Shown here: positions 33,981 through 45,313 of the stretch, in pieces
How the letters are laid out: every line of letters begins with the position of its first letter
How positions within the stretch are numbered: the stretch's first letter is position 1
DNA from: Vicinamibacterales bacterium
GTDB taxonomy: Bacteria > Acidobacteriota > Vicinamibacteria > Vicinamibacterales > JAMQPK01
Assembly (NCBI GenBank): GCA_963775345.1
Contig: CAVZIS010000002.1
Span: 44,179 to 108,178, forward strand
Length of the DNA: 64,000 bases
Reading direction: 5' to 3'
The notes under the pieces: generated by a model
Told to the model about the DNA's origin: nothing
What the model saw: the letters and a program-made list of their open reading frames with translations, nothing else
Database searches by the model: none
Program-made: the position numbers and the translations under genes

Positions 33981-36748
33981 ATGTCCATACGCTGCGCGCA
34001 CTGCGGTCACGATGCGCCGGACGGCTCGCCGGTTTGCGTGAACTGCGGTGTATCCGCTAGTCCCGCAGCCCGGTTTCTCGAGCGTGGCCGCCACCATATC
34101 CGGCGGCCAGTTCAGCCCGCCGCTCGCCATGGGGGGGTTCGGTACCATGCCGGCGGGCTACGTTTTCGGTTCGCGCTATCGCATCGACCGTCTGCTGGGC
34201 TCGGGGGGAATGGGCGCCGTGTACCGGGCCTGGGATGTAGAGCTGGGCGTAGCAGTCGCCCTCAAGGTGATTCGCCCCGACATCATTGCGAACGCCGGGA
34301 CTACCCACGACTTCGAACAGCGCTTCAAGCAGGAGCTGCTGATGGCGCGCCGGGTCACACATCGCAACGTGACCCGCATTCACGATCTCGGCGAAAGCGG
34401 AGGCGTGAAGTACATCACGATGCAGTTTGTCGAGGGCACGGACCTCGCGGCAATCCTCAAGCAAGGGCCGCTGCCGTTCGAACGCGTGCTCGCTATTGCC
34501 AAGCAGCTCGCAGCGGGAATCTCGGCGGCCCACGAAGTCGGCGTCATACACCGCGATCTCAAGCCCCAGAACATCCTGATCGATGCAGCCGACAACGTGT
34601 ACGTTTCGGACTTCGGCCTTGCCAAGTCGCTCGAAACGTCAATGGCCGGCATCACTCGCACGGGAGAGTTCGTTGGCACTCCGAGGTACTTCTCGCCGGA
34701 GCAAGTCGAGGGCAAGCCTGTCGATCATCGGAGCGACCTGTACGCGCTCGGCCTGGTGTTGTTCGAGACGGCGACGGGGGGATCGCCGTTCCCCGGCAAC
34801 TCGGCGATCGAGCTCATGTTTCAGCGGGTGCAAGGCACTCCGAAGAATCCAAAGCTGCTCAATCCCGAACTGCCCGATTACTTCTGCCGCGTCATCATGC
34901 GGTGTCTCGAGCACGACCCCGAGGCCCGGTACGCGAGCGCGCGCGAGATACAGGCCGATCTCGAAGCGCAGCGTGCCGCCCCGGCGTCACTGAGACCGGC
35001 GGCTTCGGTCACGCTCCGGTTGCCCGCCACCAACCGGACAAAGCTGGCTGTCATCTCGCTCGTCCTCGTCGTCGGCCTCGCAGCCGCCGTTCCGCTGGCG
35101 CGTCGATACGTGCTGGCTCCAGGGAACGACCCGCCTGTCGTTTCGGCCCCTGCACAGGCCCAGAAGTACGTCGCAGTACCTGCGGTTCCGCGTCATGGGT
35201 GATCAGGCCGGCCTCGCGCACATTGCGGCCGGCATTGAAGAGGCGTTGTCGTCGAAGCTCTTTCAGTCGCCCGGGTTGAACGTCGCATCGGCCGCAGCGG
35301 TCGACCGGGCCGCCGGCAAAGAGTCGCTCGACGCGGTCGCCCGCGAGCTTGGCGCGAATCTCCTCATTTCGGGGACGGTGCAGGGCACTGCCGACAGCAT
35401 GCGCGTCACGGTGACGCTCGACGATGCGAAGGCGGGCCGGCGCGTGTGGGCGCAGGACTTTTCGGGTGTGCCCGGCGATCTGCTGACGATAGAGGATCAA
35501 ATCTACAACCGCCTGCTCTCGGCACTGGATCTGGAACCGACCAGCGAGGAGCTGGCGCGCGCGATATCGCACCCGACCGAGAACATCGAGGCCTACCAGT
35601 TGTACCTGCGTGGGCGCAACGCCATGCGCGGTCAGCAGGATCTCAAGAACGTCCAGGCCGCGATCGGCTTTTACGAAGAGGCGTTGAAGAAGGATGCCGG
35701 ATTCGCGCGCGCGTATGCGGGAATCTCCGATGCCGCGTTGCGCCTGTACAGGACCACCAAAGACAGCTCGTGGGCGGAGAAGGCCCTGTCATCGGCGCAA
35801 CAGGCGCAGAGGCTCGACGAGAGGCTGGTCGAAGTGCACCTGGCCCTCGGCAGCGTCTATCAGGCGACCGGGAAGACTACTGAGGCAATTGCCGAGCTGA
35901 CGGTCGCGTCTGAGCTCGCGCCAAGGTCCGACGAGGTGTTCCGCCGGCTCGGGCGAGCGTACTTGTCGACCGGCCGTGGTGACCTCGCGATTCAGGCGTA
36001 CGAGAAAGCCGTGGCGGTGAACCCATACTACTGGGTGAGCTACAGCGCGCTGGGTGTCGCACACATGCAGCTGGGTGACTATGCCAGGGCGGCGGAGACT
36101 CTGAGGAAGGTCATCGAGCTGGAACCCGGAAACATGAGCGGTCATAACGATCTTGGCGCCGCGTATCTGCAGATGGGGCGCTACGACGACTCGGCCGCCG
36201 CGTTCAAGAAGGCGCTCGAGCTCCAGCCCACTGCACAGACCTACACCAATCTTGGTATCGCATACGCTTACGGCGGGAAGCACGCCGACGCGATCCCGAT
36301 GTTCCAGAAGGCCGTCGAACTGAGCCCGAGCGCGGAACAGTTTGTCGGGAATCTCGGCGACGGTTATCGATGGGCCGGAGACGCCACCAAAGCGACAGCC
36401 GTGTACGACAAGGCGATCGCGCTCGCGCTGAAAGAGCTGGCTGTCAATCCACGGAATGCGCAGGTCCGGGGAAACCTGGCACTGTACTATGCCAAAAAGG
36501 GAGACCAGGCCCGGGCGCAGCGGTTCCTCGCAGACGCTCGAGCCATCGATCGGGCGAATGTCAACCTGATCTACGCCGAAGCGATCGTCGACGTGCTCGG
36601 CGGCCGGAGGTCCGAGGCGCTCCTCTCACTCGAAGAGGCATTCAAGGCCGGCTATCCCTTCTCTGCGGCCCGGAGCGATCCGGACCTGCAACCCCTCCTT
36701 CCGGAGCTCGGGTTCAAACAGCTCGCGACGAAGTTCGGATCGAGTTGA
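33981..36748 (+). CDS. Ser/Thr protein kinase with N-terminal zinc ribbon, TM segment and C-terminal TPR domain (frame switches near 34050 and 35185)
   Basis: CAHCGHDAPDGSPVCVNCG, then Hanks motifs GSGGMGAVYRA, VALKVI, HRDLKPQNIL, DFGLA and GTPRYFSPE. After a TM helix comes KYVAV / MGDQAGLAHIAAGIEEAL and multiple TPR repeats in ORF 35195-36748. Confidence 0.85.
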
Positions 36749-37358
36749 TTTTCGGTGCTCTGCGGGCCTTGAGAGCTTTGAGGCAGGTGCGGCGCACCGC
36801 AAGTGCCGCCCACACCGGTCCGACGAGAAACAAGGTCGCCGGTTCGGGAATCGGCGCAACCCCCGGATTCGCGATGCCGTTCACGCCGACGATGGAGACG
36901 CTTACGATAGAGCCATCGCTGGAAAAGAACGCGGCCTCGCAGTCAGGGGGGCAGAAGATCGAGTCGTCGAACAGAGTGAACGTGAAGCCATCATCGAACA
37001 GCGAAGATGCGGCGAGGTTGTCAAGGTCGCTGAATGCAGCATCCGCAAAGAGAGTCGCCCCGATCTCGCCCGTGCCGAGAAGACCACCCGAGGCACTGAG
37101 AAGACGGAAGTCGATACTATTGACGACGAAAGGCTCAGACTCGGGAGGGGTTTCGGCAAGAATCTCGAAGAGCGCACAGGAGTAGAGTAGGGGCAGCTCC
37201 GCAGTGGTGGGACACGGCAGCGCCAGCTGATTGGAAACGGGATCGAAGATCGACTGCGGATCGTAGTCGCCACCATGCAGGCCGACCATCGCAGCATGCG
37301 CCGGCACGGCGGGAGTGCTCAACGCCAGGACGAGCAGGACGAGCCGAAGAGGCTTCAT
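36714..37358 (-). CDS. PEP-CTERM sorting-domain secreted protein
   Basis: A signal peptide (LVLLVLALSTPAVPAHA) and a C-terminal PIPEPATLFLVGPVWAALAVRR motif. The tail after RR is unusually long (24 aa). Confidence 0.65.
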   Translation of the reverse strand: MKPLRLVLLVLALSTPAVPAHAAMVGLHGGDYDPQSIFDPVSNQLALPCPTTAELPLLYSCALFEILAETPPESEPFVVNSIDFRLLSASGGLLGTGEIGATLFADAAFSDLDNLAASSLFDDGFTFTLFDDSIFCPPDCEAAFFSSDGSIVSVSIVGVNGIANPGVAPIPEPATLFLVGPVWAALAVRRTCLKALKARRAPKINSIRTSSRAV

Positions 37359-37380
37359 GACCATTCCCTTTCCACAGCCA

Positions 37381-38391
37381 CTATTGAACGTTGAAGATCG
37401 CGTTACAGCTGCCGTCGACGTCGTTCGCCGTCGTCTTATCGCCGGCCAACCCTTTGCGAACAGCTTGTCTGACCTGTTCCGCGTACTTGAGATAAGCGTT
37501 CCGAGCGCTCTGGGCGAGGCTGCTGTCCTTCGGCACAGTGAACATGTCGACGATTTCCCGATCCCATTGAACGATGCCTATTTCCCGGAGACTGCGACGG
37601 GTGGGCGCGAAGTCGTGAATGCCCAGCGCGATGCCCGCCGTGGAATTTATGAGACGGCATTCCTTGAGCACGCGCTGGCCTTCGAAAAGCTTGTCGTTTG
37701 TCTGCGTGCTGGAACTGGCTGCGCCCATGAGCGGCAGGACCACCGATTGAACACCGGCGGCGTCCAGCGCTGCGAGGCAGCCGGCGATGCCCTTGCGCAC
37801 GCGGTCTTGCGCGAACAGCTCCCGCCGGTCAATCGCGCCGCCCTTGGGGTAGTCGGTCGCAATCAAACAGACCATTTTCGGAAAGGCGCCGCCACTGGCT
37901 TTGTTGTTCACGCCGCGCGGTAACTGCGCCACGAACGTATCCACACCAATGGCCAGAAGGCCTGCCTCGCGGCCGGACGGAGCGGGTGATTGCTTCCGGC
38001 GTGTCGCGATCTGGTCTTCCAGGTCGCGCAGGACATCGGGCTGTTTCCGGACGCGATCGACGAGCGTGCGCTGCGTTGCGGGGTCTGGCGATGTAATCAG
38101 GAGCTCGGTATTTGTCGGGACGATCGCAGCGTCAGGTCGAAACTGAGCATTGTCGAACGCGCGTTCGAGATCCCCGGCGCTGAGATACACACGCGAGGGC
38201 AATGCTGCAGTTTTCGCCGGCGGCAGGTCCACCGGCAGAAAGCTCAGTGCAAGCGCCTCATGTCGTTTCTGGTCGCTGCTGAACATGACAGCAACGGGCC
38301 CCTGCTGCGCGATGGCAACTTCGGCCGGAAGCCAGCAGAAGCTCGCTATCAGGAGGGCGGCAAGGTGAATGCGGTGCGTTCTTTGAGCCAT
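37381..38391 (-). CDS. secreted hypothetical protein
   Basis: The start is taken at MAQRTHRIHLAALLIASFCWLPAEVAIAQQ (signal peptide). The remaining 300 aa have normal composition. The upstream part of ORF 37381-38808 is Pro/Arg/Ser-rich and not protein-like. Confidence 0.45.
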   Translation of the reverse strand: MAQRTHRIHLAALLIASFCWLPAEVAIAQQGPVAVMFSSDQKRHEALALSFLPVDLPPAKTAALPSRVYLSAGDLERAFDNAQFRPDAAIVPTNTELLITSPDPATQRTLVDRVRKQPDVLRDLEDQIATRRKQSPAPSGREAGLLAIGVDTFVAQLPRGVNNKASGGAFPKMVCLIATDYPKGGAIDRRELFAQDRVRKGIAGCLAALDAAGVQSVVLPLMGAASSSTQTNDKLFEGQRVLKECRLINSTAGIALGIHDFAPTRRSLREIGIVQWDREIVDMFTVPKDSSLAQSARNAYLKYAEQVRQAVRKGLAGDKTTANDVDGSCNAIFNVQ

Positions 38392-38885
38392 AGCCCTGGA
38401 GAAAGCCGGCAACGGCGGCCATTCTATCGCGAAGCTTCCTTCGGCGCGAAAAGAGCGCTTGAAACTCCGCAGCGGTGGCTGCCGCCGTGTTTTCAAACCG
38501 ATCGCCGTCGCGCTGTGCCCTATCGACCGCACTCCTGCCCGCCCGGCAATACAACCTGCGCGTGGTGTGTGGTCCAGCGGCCTGGAGCGAAGGCGCCTGA
38601 ACCAGGCGAGCGACGGCGACGCTGCTCCTGGGCCGGCAACCGCATCTTGCAGCCTGGGGACGGCGTGAGATATGCGCAGTGGGCTCGATAGCGCACCCGG
38701 TCGCGGGGCGGAAGATGCGGGTGCCCGCGTCGTCGAGCCTGGTTCGGGGCATTCGCTCAGGCCACTGGACACTACATGCCTGACAGGCTCAGGGCACGCT
38801 GGATTCAACCGCCCTACTGCTCAGAGGCGTTTCGGCCAATCGAAATCGGAGGCCCATGTAGCGCGAGGCTGGAAGTGTTCAGAAA

Positions 38886-40644
38886 TTACACTGCGGCGAC
38901 CTTCTGCGATCTCTCTGGCGCCGGCATGCCCTGACAGGCGCACATGAACTCGACGGCTGGCGTGATGGTCTTCCGCCATGCGTCAAGCTGGTTCGCGTCG
39001 ACCCCCGATTCTTCGATCGCCTTGAGCAGACCCTCCAGAAACAGGTCGTAATGGCGCCTTGTCAAGCCCAGCGGCGTGTGCCGGACCGCGAGATCGCGAA
39101 GCCGTGGGCAGCCGCGCTCCGGATTGAAGTCCAGGAGCAGTTGAACGGCGCCATTGAGGATCTTGTACTGCCGTTCCATGTCGATATCCGCAAACCGCTG
39201 CTCCACGTCAGGAGATGCGGCGAACAGGCCGCTGTAAAAACGCGCGAAGATGGCTCGTTCGGTGCCCGCCAGCTGTAATCGCAGGTAGCTGGCCTTCGCC
39301 ACTTTCCTGTTCATCTCGTCTTCCGACTCGGCGACCTCGATGTCGGAGAGGAAGAGACGCACGTCTCGCATCGACGGCCAGCGATCGAGCGGGTTGATAC
39401 GGAGCAGGCGGGACACGATTCCGGCGAATTCCGGGGAGCGTTGCGCCCACCGGCCGTTTCCCGACTCGAGATCGGCGAACAGGCGACGCCTGCCTTCGAG
39501 ATCGCAGGGCGCGGCGACCCGAGGTACGCGTTCTCCCCCGAGTAGTTCCATTGCGATAAGGCCCAGGGAATACTGGTCGGTCAGTTGAGTGGAAGGGTGG
39601 CCGAAGAAGCGTTCTGGAGTCATGTAAGCGAGTGATTCGCGATCCACCAGGAAATTCCCGGCCATCTTTGATTCCTCGCTCAGGACATTCGAAAAATCCA
39701 CTGCCGACAACCGGGCTGCGCCTGTGCACTCGATGAGGATGTCCGACGAACATATCTCGCCACGGATCCAGTTTTTCTGATGGACTTCTTCGACGGCCCG
39801 TGCCAGGTCCAGCAGGATGTTTCTTACCGCACCGAGCGGAACGCCGTTCGGGTATCGCAGCAGATACTTGCTGAACGGTTCCCCCTGGACGAACTCCGAC
39901 ACCAGTATCTCCGGCTGTGCGTCCATCGAGGACTCGATGATCTTGATGAAGGCGGGGCTCGTCAGCTCGGCCGCTTTCGCCGTGGCGTCCTGGAATTTCA
40001 GGCGGGCCCAGTCGTCGAATTCCGACGCCATGAGAATTTTCATGCTGACCGTTCGGGCAGGGTCTTTCTGCTGCGCCCGGTACACGATCGAGAACTTGCC
40101 AGCCCCAATCTCCTCGCCTATTTCGGTACTTGTCGCCCAGCCGCGACTGCACCTCCTGCGGCAGGCTCTGTCGGCGGCTGCTCGTCACTTTCGGCAGGAA
40201 GCCGAAGTCCTCGACGATCTGAAGACAGATCTGCTGGACTGCCGCGCGCTGTTCGGGGACCGACAGTTGGTCGAGAGGACGCTCCGGATCCCACGCCGCC
40301 TGGATCGTGCCGAGCAGTGTCTCGGTGTAGAGCGTCGGCGAGATCGGGACCCAGTAAATGGCCACGCCGGCGGTCTTGGCGAGACTCAGCAGCCGGTTCA
40401 ACTCAACATCGGTGATGAAGTCGGATCTCAGGAATTGAGGCGTGACCAGCAGCAGGCCCGCGCAAGTGGCATTGAGCGCCAGGTCGATGTTCTTCGACCA
40501 CTCCTGTCCAACCGCGATGCTCTCGTCAGACCAGACGCTGATGCTGCCGCGGTTGACGGCGGGCTTGAACATTTCCGTGAATTCATCTCGCCATCTGGCG
40601 TCCTCGCGCGCGTAGCTGATGAAGACCTGATTACGTCCAGGCAT
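38886..40644 (-). CDS. TIR domain / kinase-like domain / globin domain fusion protein (one frame switch near 40125)
   Basis: TIR: VFISYAREDARW ... LLLVTPQFLRSDFITDVELNRLL (ORF 39208-41079 frame). Kinase-like: EIGEEIGAGKFSIVYRA, VSMKIL, degenerate catalytic loop WIRGEICSSDILI, DFS for DFG, MTPERF and DQYSLG. Globin: FYSGLFAASPDVEQRF ... LAVRHTPLGLTRRHYDLF (ORF 38886-40085). The junction LGDKY|EIGEEIG fits one extra C in TACCGAA. AAGGGG precedes the ATG at 40644. Confidence 0.75.
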
Positions 40645-41091
40645 GGTCATCCCCTTGCTACCCAGCTGGACGTCGCCCGACGGGCGGACAGACCGACTGC
40701 CCGTGCGGGGCGGCAGGCTGGGCTCGATTAAGACGGCGGAGGGCGCCATTATATGCTTCATCGAGATGACCGGAAACAAGGCGACTGCGGTTGACCCATA
40801 TATGGTGTCGTGACATCGCCGAACGTTACGGCAGATGGCTGAGCGAAGAGGGTCGTCATGAGCGCAGCTCCGACGCAACCCTCTGGCGCGCTTCGACAGC
40901 ACGACGTGAGTGACCTTCTCGGACGGGACATGCTCGGTGACCTCGTAGCCGAGCTGGGGCAGGTCGATGCCGGCAAAGAGCGCCTCGCGACCTGGCAAAG
41001 GGCCTGGCTGCGTTCTTTGCCCGTCACCCGATCGGCGCGGGCGAGAATCCGAACGGAGGGTAGAAGTTACTCGGCGCACGGCGGGCGCGTT

Positions 41092-42523
41092 TCAAACGAC
41101 GTCGACGCGGGCCATCATGCTGTGGTCCTCGTGTTCGAGATTGTGACAATGGAGCAGGTAGCGTCCCCTGTACCCGCTCCACCGGATGATGACTTCCACC
41201 TCTTCACCGTCTTCGATCGCAACAGTATCTTTCCAGCCGCGCTCCTGCCGAAGCGGCGCACGCCCGTTCCGGCTCAGTATCTGGAACGGCGCGAGATGTG
41301 TGTGCACCGGATGCAACATCGTCTGCCCAAGAAACCGCGATTGACGAAGCGCCAGATCTCGATGTCGTCGAGTTGGGGATCGGCGTCGACTCGCAGCGGA
41401 TCGAATGGCTCGTCATTGATGACCCAACGAACCCCCGGCGGCACGCCGAGCGTGGGCTTGCCTCCAAACACAAAAGTACGACTTCGATCGGCCTGTGACC
41501 GATCGAGCGGCTCGATTTCGCTGAGACGGTCTGGAACCCTGCTGTCATCGCGCGCCGTGCGGACGACATCGAACCGCATGACGGAGCGGAGGTTTCCTTC
41601 TCCTCGACGGTTCTCCAGCACTACGCGGGTGCCAGGCGGGTAGACGGAGAAATCAACGACGATTTCGACCCGTTCCGCCATCGCCAGGCGGATGGTCGAA
41701 AGGGCGACTGGCTTCGCCAGCAGGCCTTGATCGCCTCCAATCTGAATCAGCGGGTGATGCGTGCTCAACGCCAGGCGCATTGCGGTCGCATTCGAGGAAT
41801 TCAAGATACGGAAGCGGTCTTTCTCGCCGCGACTTCCAGCACCGGCCATGGCGCGCCGTTCACCAGCATCACTCGACCCGTTGCGCCGTGGTGTGCGTCG
41901 TGGTCGTAGTCGAGCTGACCGTCGGTCGTGAACGCCCGGTCGTGCAGCATCAGGGGAATATCGTACGGACCGTTGGGCAGCTGCTCGTCGATCTCGGAGT
42001 CCTCCTTCAACAGGTAAAAGCCGGCGAGACCCATGTAGAGATTTCGTCCGCTCCCACGCCAGCTGTGATCGTGATACCAGAGCGTGGCTGGTCGCCCGAG
42101 GTTGTCGTACGCGTAGGTGCGTGTTCCTCCAGGGGCAACGGTATCGGTGGGGAAGCCATCCGACTGCGGGCGTGTCATACCGCCATGGAGATGCGCGACG
42201 GTTGGAACGGCCAGACCGTTCGTGTGCGTCACCACAGTCGCCCTTCCTCGGCGAGCCTCGATCGTCGGGCCGGGAAAGATGCCGTCATAGCCCCAGATGC
42301 GCGTGCGGATGTGGGGGAAGATCTCGACCGGCGCTTCACGCTGAGCGATCTCGTAGTAATCGGCTATCGAGTCGCGCCGGACCGGCTGCAGGACCGGAGG
42401 GACCGGAGGCGGGATGCGGAACTTCGGGATCGAAGGATGCGCGCCCAGCGGCCGTGGGACCGCAAGATGGAGCAGGGCAGCGGAGCCGCGCGCCAGAAAC
42501 TCGCGACGATTCAGTGCCTCCAT
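41092..42523 (-). CDS. Tat-exported multicopper oxidase (frame switches near 41830 and 41310)
   Basis: Tat signal NRREFLARGSAAL. Copper sites are HLHGG, WYHDHS, HPVHTHL and HCHNLEHEDHSMM, spread across ORFs 41801-42523, 41274-41849 and 41092-41319. Confidence 0.85.
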
Positions 42524-43011
42524 TTCCGCGCCTCTTCGTCCTGGTACTCGATCGGGATGCCCGAGCGAGCTTCAACGACCTCCAGCGTCGAGCGCACGAC
42601 GTTTTTTCCCAGCTCGATGACCATGACCTCGGTTCTACCCTGCTCACCTGCGTAGGTCAGCGTGAGGTAATGCGCACGCCTCTTTACCGGCAGCGACATG
42701 AGGCCGACGGGGCCGAGAATGGCGGTCGCGGCGACGACGAGCGGCACCCGACGAGACGCGCGCTGACCGAATTCGAGATGACGGATTGATTCGTAGTCGA
42801 TGTGGAGGGGTTCGGAGGCACGAGAGCTGTTCTCTGCAACGAACACGAAGTGGCGTGGATCGATCTCGACGCGCCCTTCGATGCGCCCACCTGTCGTGTT
42901 GAATCGCGCGATCGTGCCTCCCACGTACGCCGCCTTGTCGCCCGCGAGGGCCGACGATAGGGCTGGAGTCGTGAGCACGACGAGCAGCGCCAATGCCGTC
43001 ATACGTTTCAT
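42511..43011 (-). CDS. hypothetical secreted protein
   Basis: Intact 166-aa ORF with a signal peptide (ALALLVVLTTPALSSALA). The ATG overlaps the glycosyltransferase stop, and its own stop overlaps the oxidase start. Confidence 0.55.
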   Translation of the reverse strand: MKRMTALALLVVLTTPALSSALAGDKAAYVGGTIARFNTTGGRIEGRVEIDPRHFVFVAENSSRASEPLHIDYESIRHLEFGQRASRRVPLVVAATAILGPVGLMSLPVKRRAHYLTLTYAGEQGRTEVMVIELGKNVVRSTLEVVEARSGIPIEYQDEEARKWRH

Positions 43012-44315
43012 GAGATTCTCCGGGTCTCGACAGTTGAGATGGCCGAACGCTCGATGTCTTCCAGCGGGATGTCTTCCAGCTCGCGTAGCAGCGCGTTGTC
43101 ATCGGCATCCCGGCGCACCGATTCTCCAAGCTGTTGCGCCGAGGCTCGAAAGCTGGGGTTGTGGAGTCTTCTCTCACGGCGGCTGCGATCGCCTCGGGCC
43201 GCGCCGTCCGCTTGAGTGCGATGCCGGCGCCGCGTGCGGTGACGCGGACCGCTGTATCGTCCTGGTCGCGGCCATGCGGGAGCAACACCATCGGCACGCC
43301 GGCCGCGAGCGCTTTCACGACGGTGCCATGTCCGCCGTGCGTGACCACGGCGGCCGCGTGTCGCAGCACCTCACGATGAGGTGCGTGCGCAAGAATGGTG
43401 ATATTGGGCGCGGCGTCCAGCGCTGTGGCGTCGATCGCGGGGCCGGTCGTAACGAAGCCGTGGACTGGAAGAGTGCCCAACGCCTCAATGACACGCCGCA
43501 ACGGACCGATCTGATCCTGGAACGTTGACGACATCGAGACGAGCACGAGCGGTTTGCCGCCGCCAGGCGGTGTCCATGATGATCCCTGCGACCAGACAGG
43601 ATCCTCGAGCACGGGGCCGACGATCGAACCCCAGCCGGCAGCGTTGCCGGAAAGTCGAGTGCGGGTGACGTCATGACGAGCTGCCGGTGTGCGCCGCGCA
43701 CTTCATCGAACACGTGTCGGAGTGGCGCGAGACCGTACGCACGCCGCAGCGTGTTGAGGCGCGTGAGGCCTTTGCCGTCCCACTGGCGCTCAATGATGCG
43801 GTTGAGGATCTCGTCGCGCCATCGGCCGAGGCGGCCGCGCGCTGGCCGGAGGCCAATGCCGAACGGTGGTATGCCTCGCGCGGGCAGAGGATAGATGTTG
43901 GGAAACAGCACGACGTATGGAACGCGAGCTGCTTCGGCGGCCAGCATGCCGCCAAGACAGAACATCGAGCAGACCACGAGCGCAGGCTGGCATTGAGCGA
44001 TGGCGTCTTACATCGGAGGCATATGCCGTGGCGGGACCACGAGCATCGTGTCGATCAGCCGAGCGACGAGCTGCCACGGATACTTGCATTCCCAGTCTCG
44101 TATTGGATCGTGCTCGGGCCGGCGATCCGTCCGGTTCGGCGCACGAACCCAGCGCTGGAACTCTGCACCTGTCGAGCGGACATCGGGTGCGACAGAATCG
44201 TCGGCAAGCACCGTCACCGCATGGCCCCGGTCGATGAGCCGTCGTGCGGCGTGGAGTCGGGTGGCACATTGCCGCCCCCGTCGACGACAGTGAACAGGTA
44301 CTGGCGGGGTCTCAT
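43008..44315 (-). CDS. GT1-family (MGT/UGT-like) glycosyltransferase (at least three frame switches)
   Basis: N-terminus MRPRQYLFTVVDGGGNVPP, then RLIDRGHAVTVLA and the C-terminal nucleotide-sugar motif VVTHGGHGTVVKALAAGVPMVLLPHGRDQDD. The pieces lie in four frames. Confidence 0.75.
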
Positions 44316-44918
44316 CGCGTCCTCCCCGAAGACGACCGGCGGCGTCCGGTTCCCGTGCCAGCGCTGCCAGGATCCCGTAAGCCAGTTCGAGCATGATCCG
44401 CTCGGTGTCAGGGCGGGACAGCTGCAGGTCGCGACGGAGGAGCTTCCACGTGTAGACATCCGTGGCCGCGTGCAGCGCGTAAATCGCGTGGCGGCGCTCG
44501 GCCGGGGCCTTCGGCAGGAGATCCGAAAAGATGCGATCGAGCCATGCCTGGTGGCCGGCGCGTGCGCATCGAGCAGCGGCGCCAGCGAGCCAAGCTGCTC
44601 GGACGCCATCGCCCATCGAGCGCCGGCATCGCCGAAGCGCTGGTACTCGCCGACCAGAATGGCGATGCGCCGTGGATGGTCGTTCGGCCTCGCCTTGTCC
44701 CGCGCCGCCCGAGTCTGACGGTCGAGCATTTCCGCCGCCGCCGCTGCAACGTTCTCCTTCGATGCGAAATGATTGAGCACCGTCTGATGTGAGACGCCCG
44801 CTGCTTCAGCGATAGCGGCGAGCGTGATGTCTTCGAACGCCTGCTCGAGTGCCAGTTTCAAGGCAGCCCGGACAATCCGTTCACGCGTGGCGACCATCTC
44901 CCCGGCCCGGGCCACCAT
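44316..44918 (-). CDS. TetR-family transcriptional regulator (frame switch near 44560; 3' end approximate)
   Basis: N-terminal HTH RERIVRAALKLALEQAFEDITLAAIAEAAGVSHQTVLNHF. A C-terminal helical part (HAIYALHAATDVYTWKLLRRDL) lies in ORF 44008-44616. Confidence 0.75.
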
Positions 44919-44992
44919 GGCGTAGGTGCGTCGGCGCGCGATTTCATTTGACTATAATTACAACCAAATGTTGAGTGCAGTAAGGAAGAAGG

Positions 44993-45301
44993 TTATGCAG
45001 CCTCTCGCGGGTGCACGTCTCGCTTGATTCTGCGCGCCGACACACGCGTTGCCACGTCGAGATCGTAGGCAGCCTGAAGGTTCATCCAGAACTGCGGTGT
45101 CATGCCAAAGTAGCGCGCCAGCCGCAACGCCGTGTCGGCCGTGATGCTGCGACGGCGATTCACGATCTCGCTCATCCGCGTGACAGGCACCCGCAGGTCG
45201 CGGGCGAGCCCGTTGATGCTCAGCCCGAGCGGTGTCATGAGATCTTCCCGCAGGATCTCTCCAGGATGCACTGGCGGTAGCCGGCGACTCTTCGCCATCA
45301 T
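44993..45301 (-). CDS. higA: HigA-type antitoxin (XRE HTH)
   Basis: Intact ORF with HPGEILREDLMTPLGLSINGLARDLRVPVTRMSEIVNRRRSITADTALRLARYFGMTPQFWMNLQ. Confidence 0.85.
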   Translation of the reverse strand: MMAKSRRLPPVHPGEILREDLMTPLGLSINGLARDLRVPVTRMSEIVNRRRSITADTALRLARYFGMTPQFWMNLQAAYDLDVATRVSARRIKRDVHPREAA

Positions 45302-45313
45302 TCCCTCCCAACG

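Noticed and set aside
37381-38808. Full 475-aa ORF, and a possible macro-domain reading of its C-terminal part
   Set aside because: The first 140 codons or so are Pro/Arg/Ser/Ala-rich and precede a good signal peptide at M 38391. The loose resemblance to macro motifs (AIVPTNTELL, VVLPLMGAAS) lacks the Gly-rich loops, and I cannot support it without a profile search.
38392-38885. 494-bp GC-rich gap between the secreted hypothetical gene and the TIR fusion gene
   Set aside because: I looked for a hidden gene, an RNA or repeats. Only short compositionally biased ORFs are present, with no palindromes or repeats that I could see.
40858-41643. 261-aa plus-strand ORF
   Set aside because: From about 41092 onward it is antisense to the multicopper oxidase. 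The first 75 codons or so (40858-41090) could be a small gene, but I have no motif or strong signal to support that.
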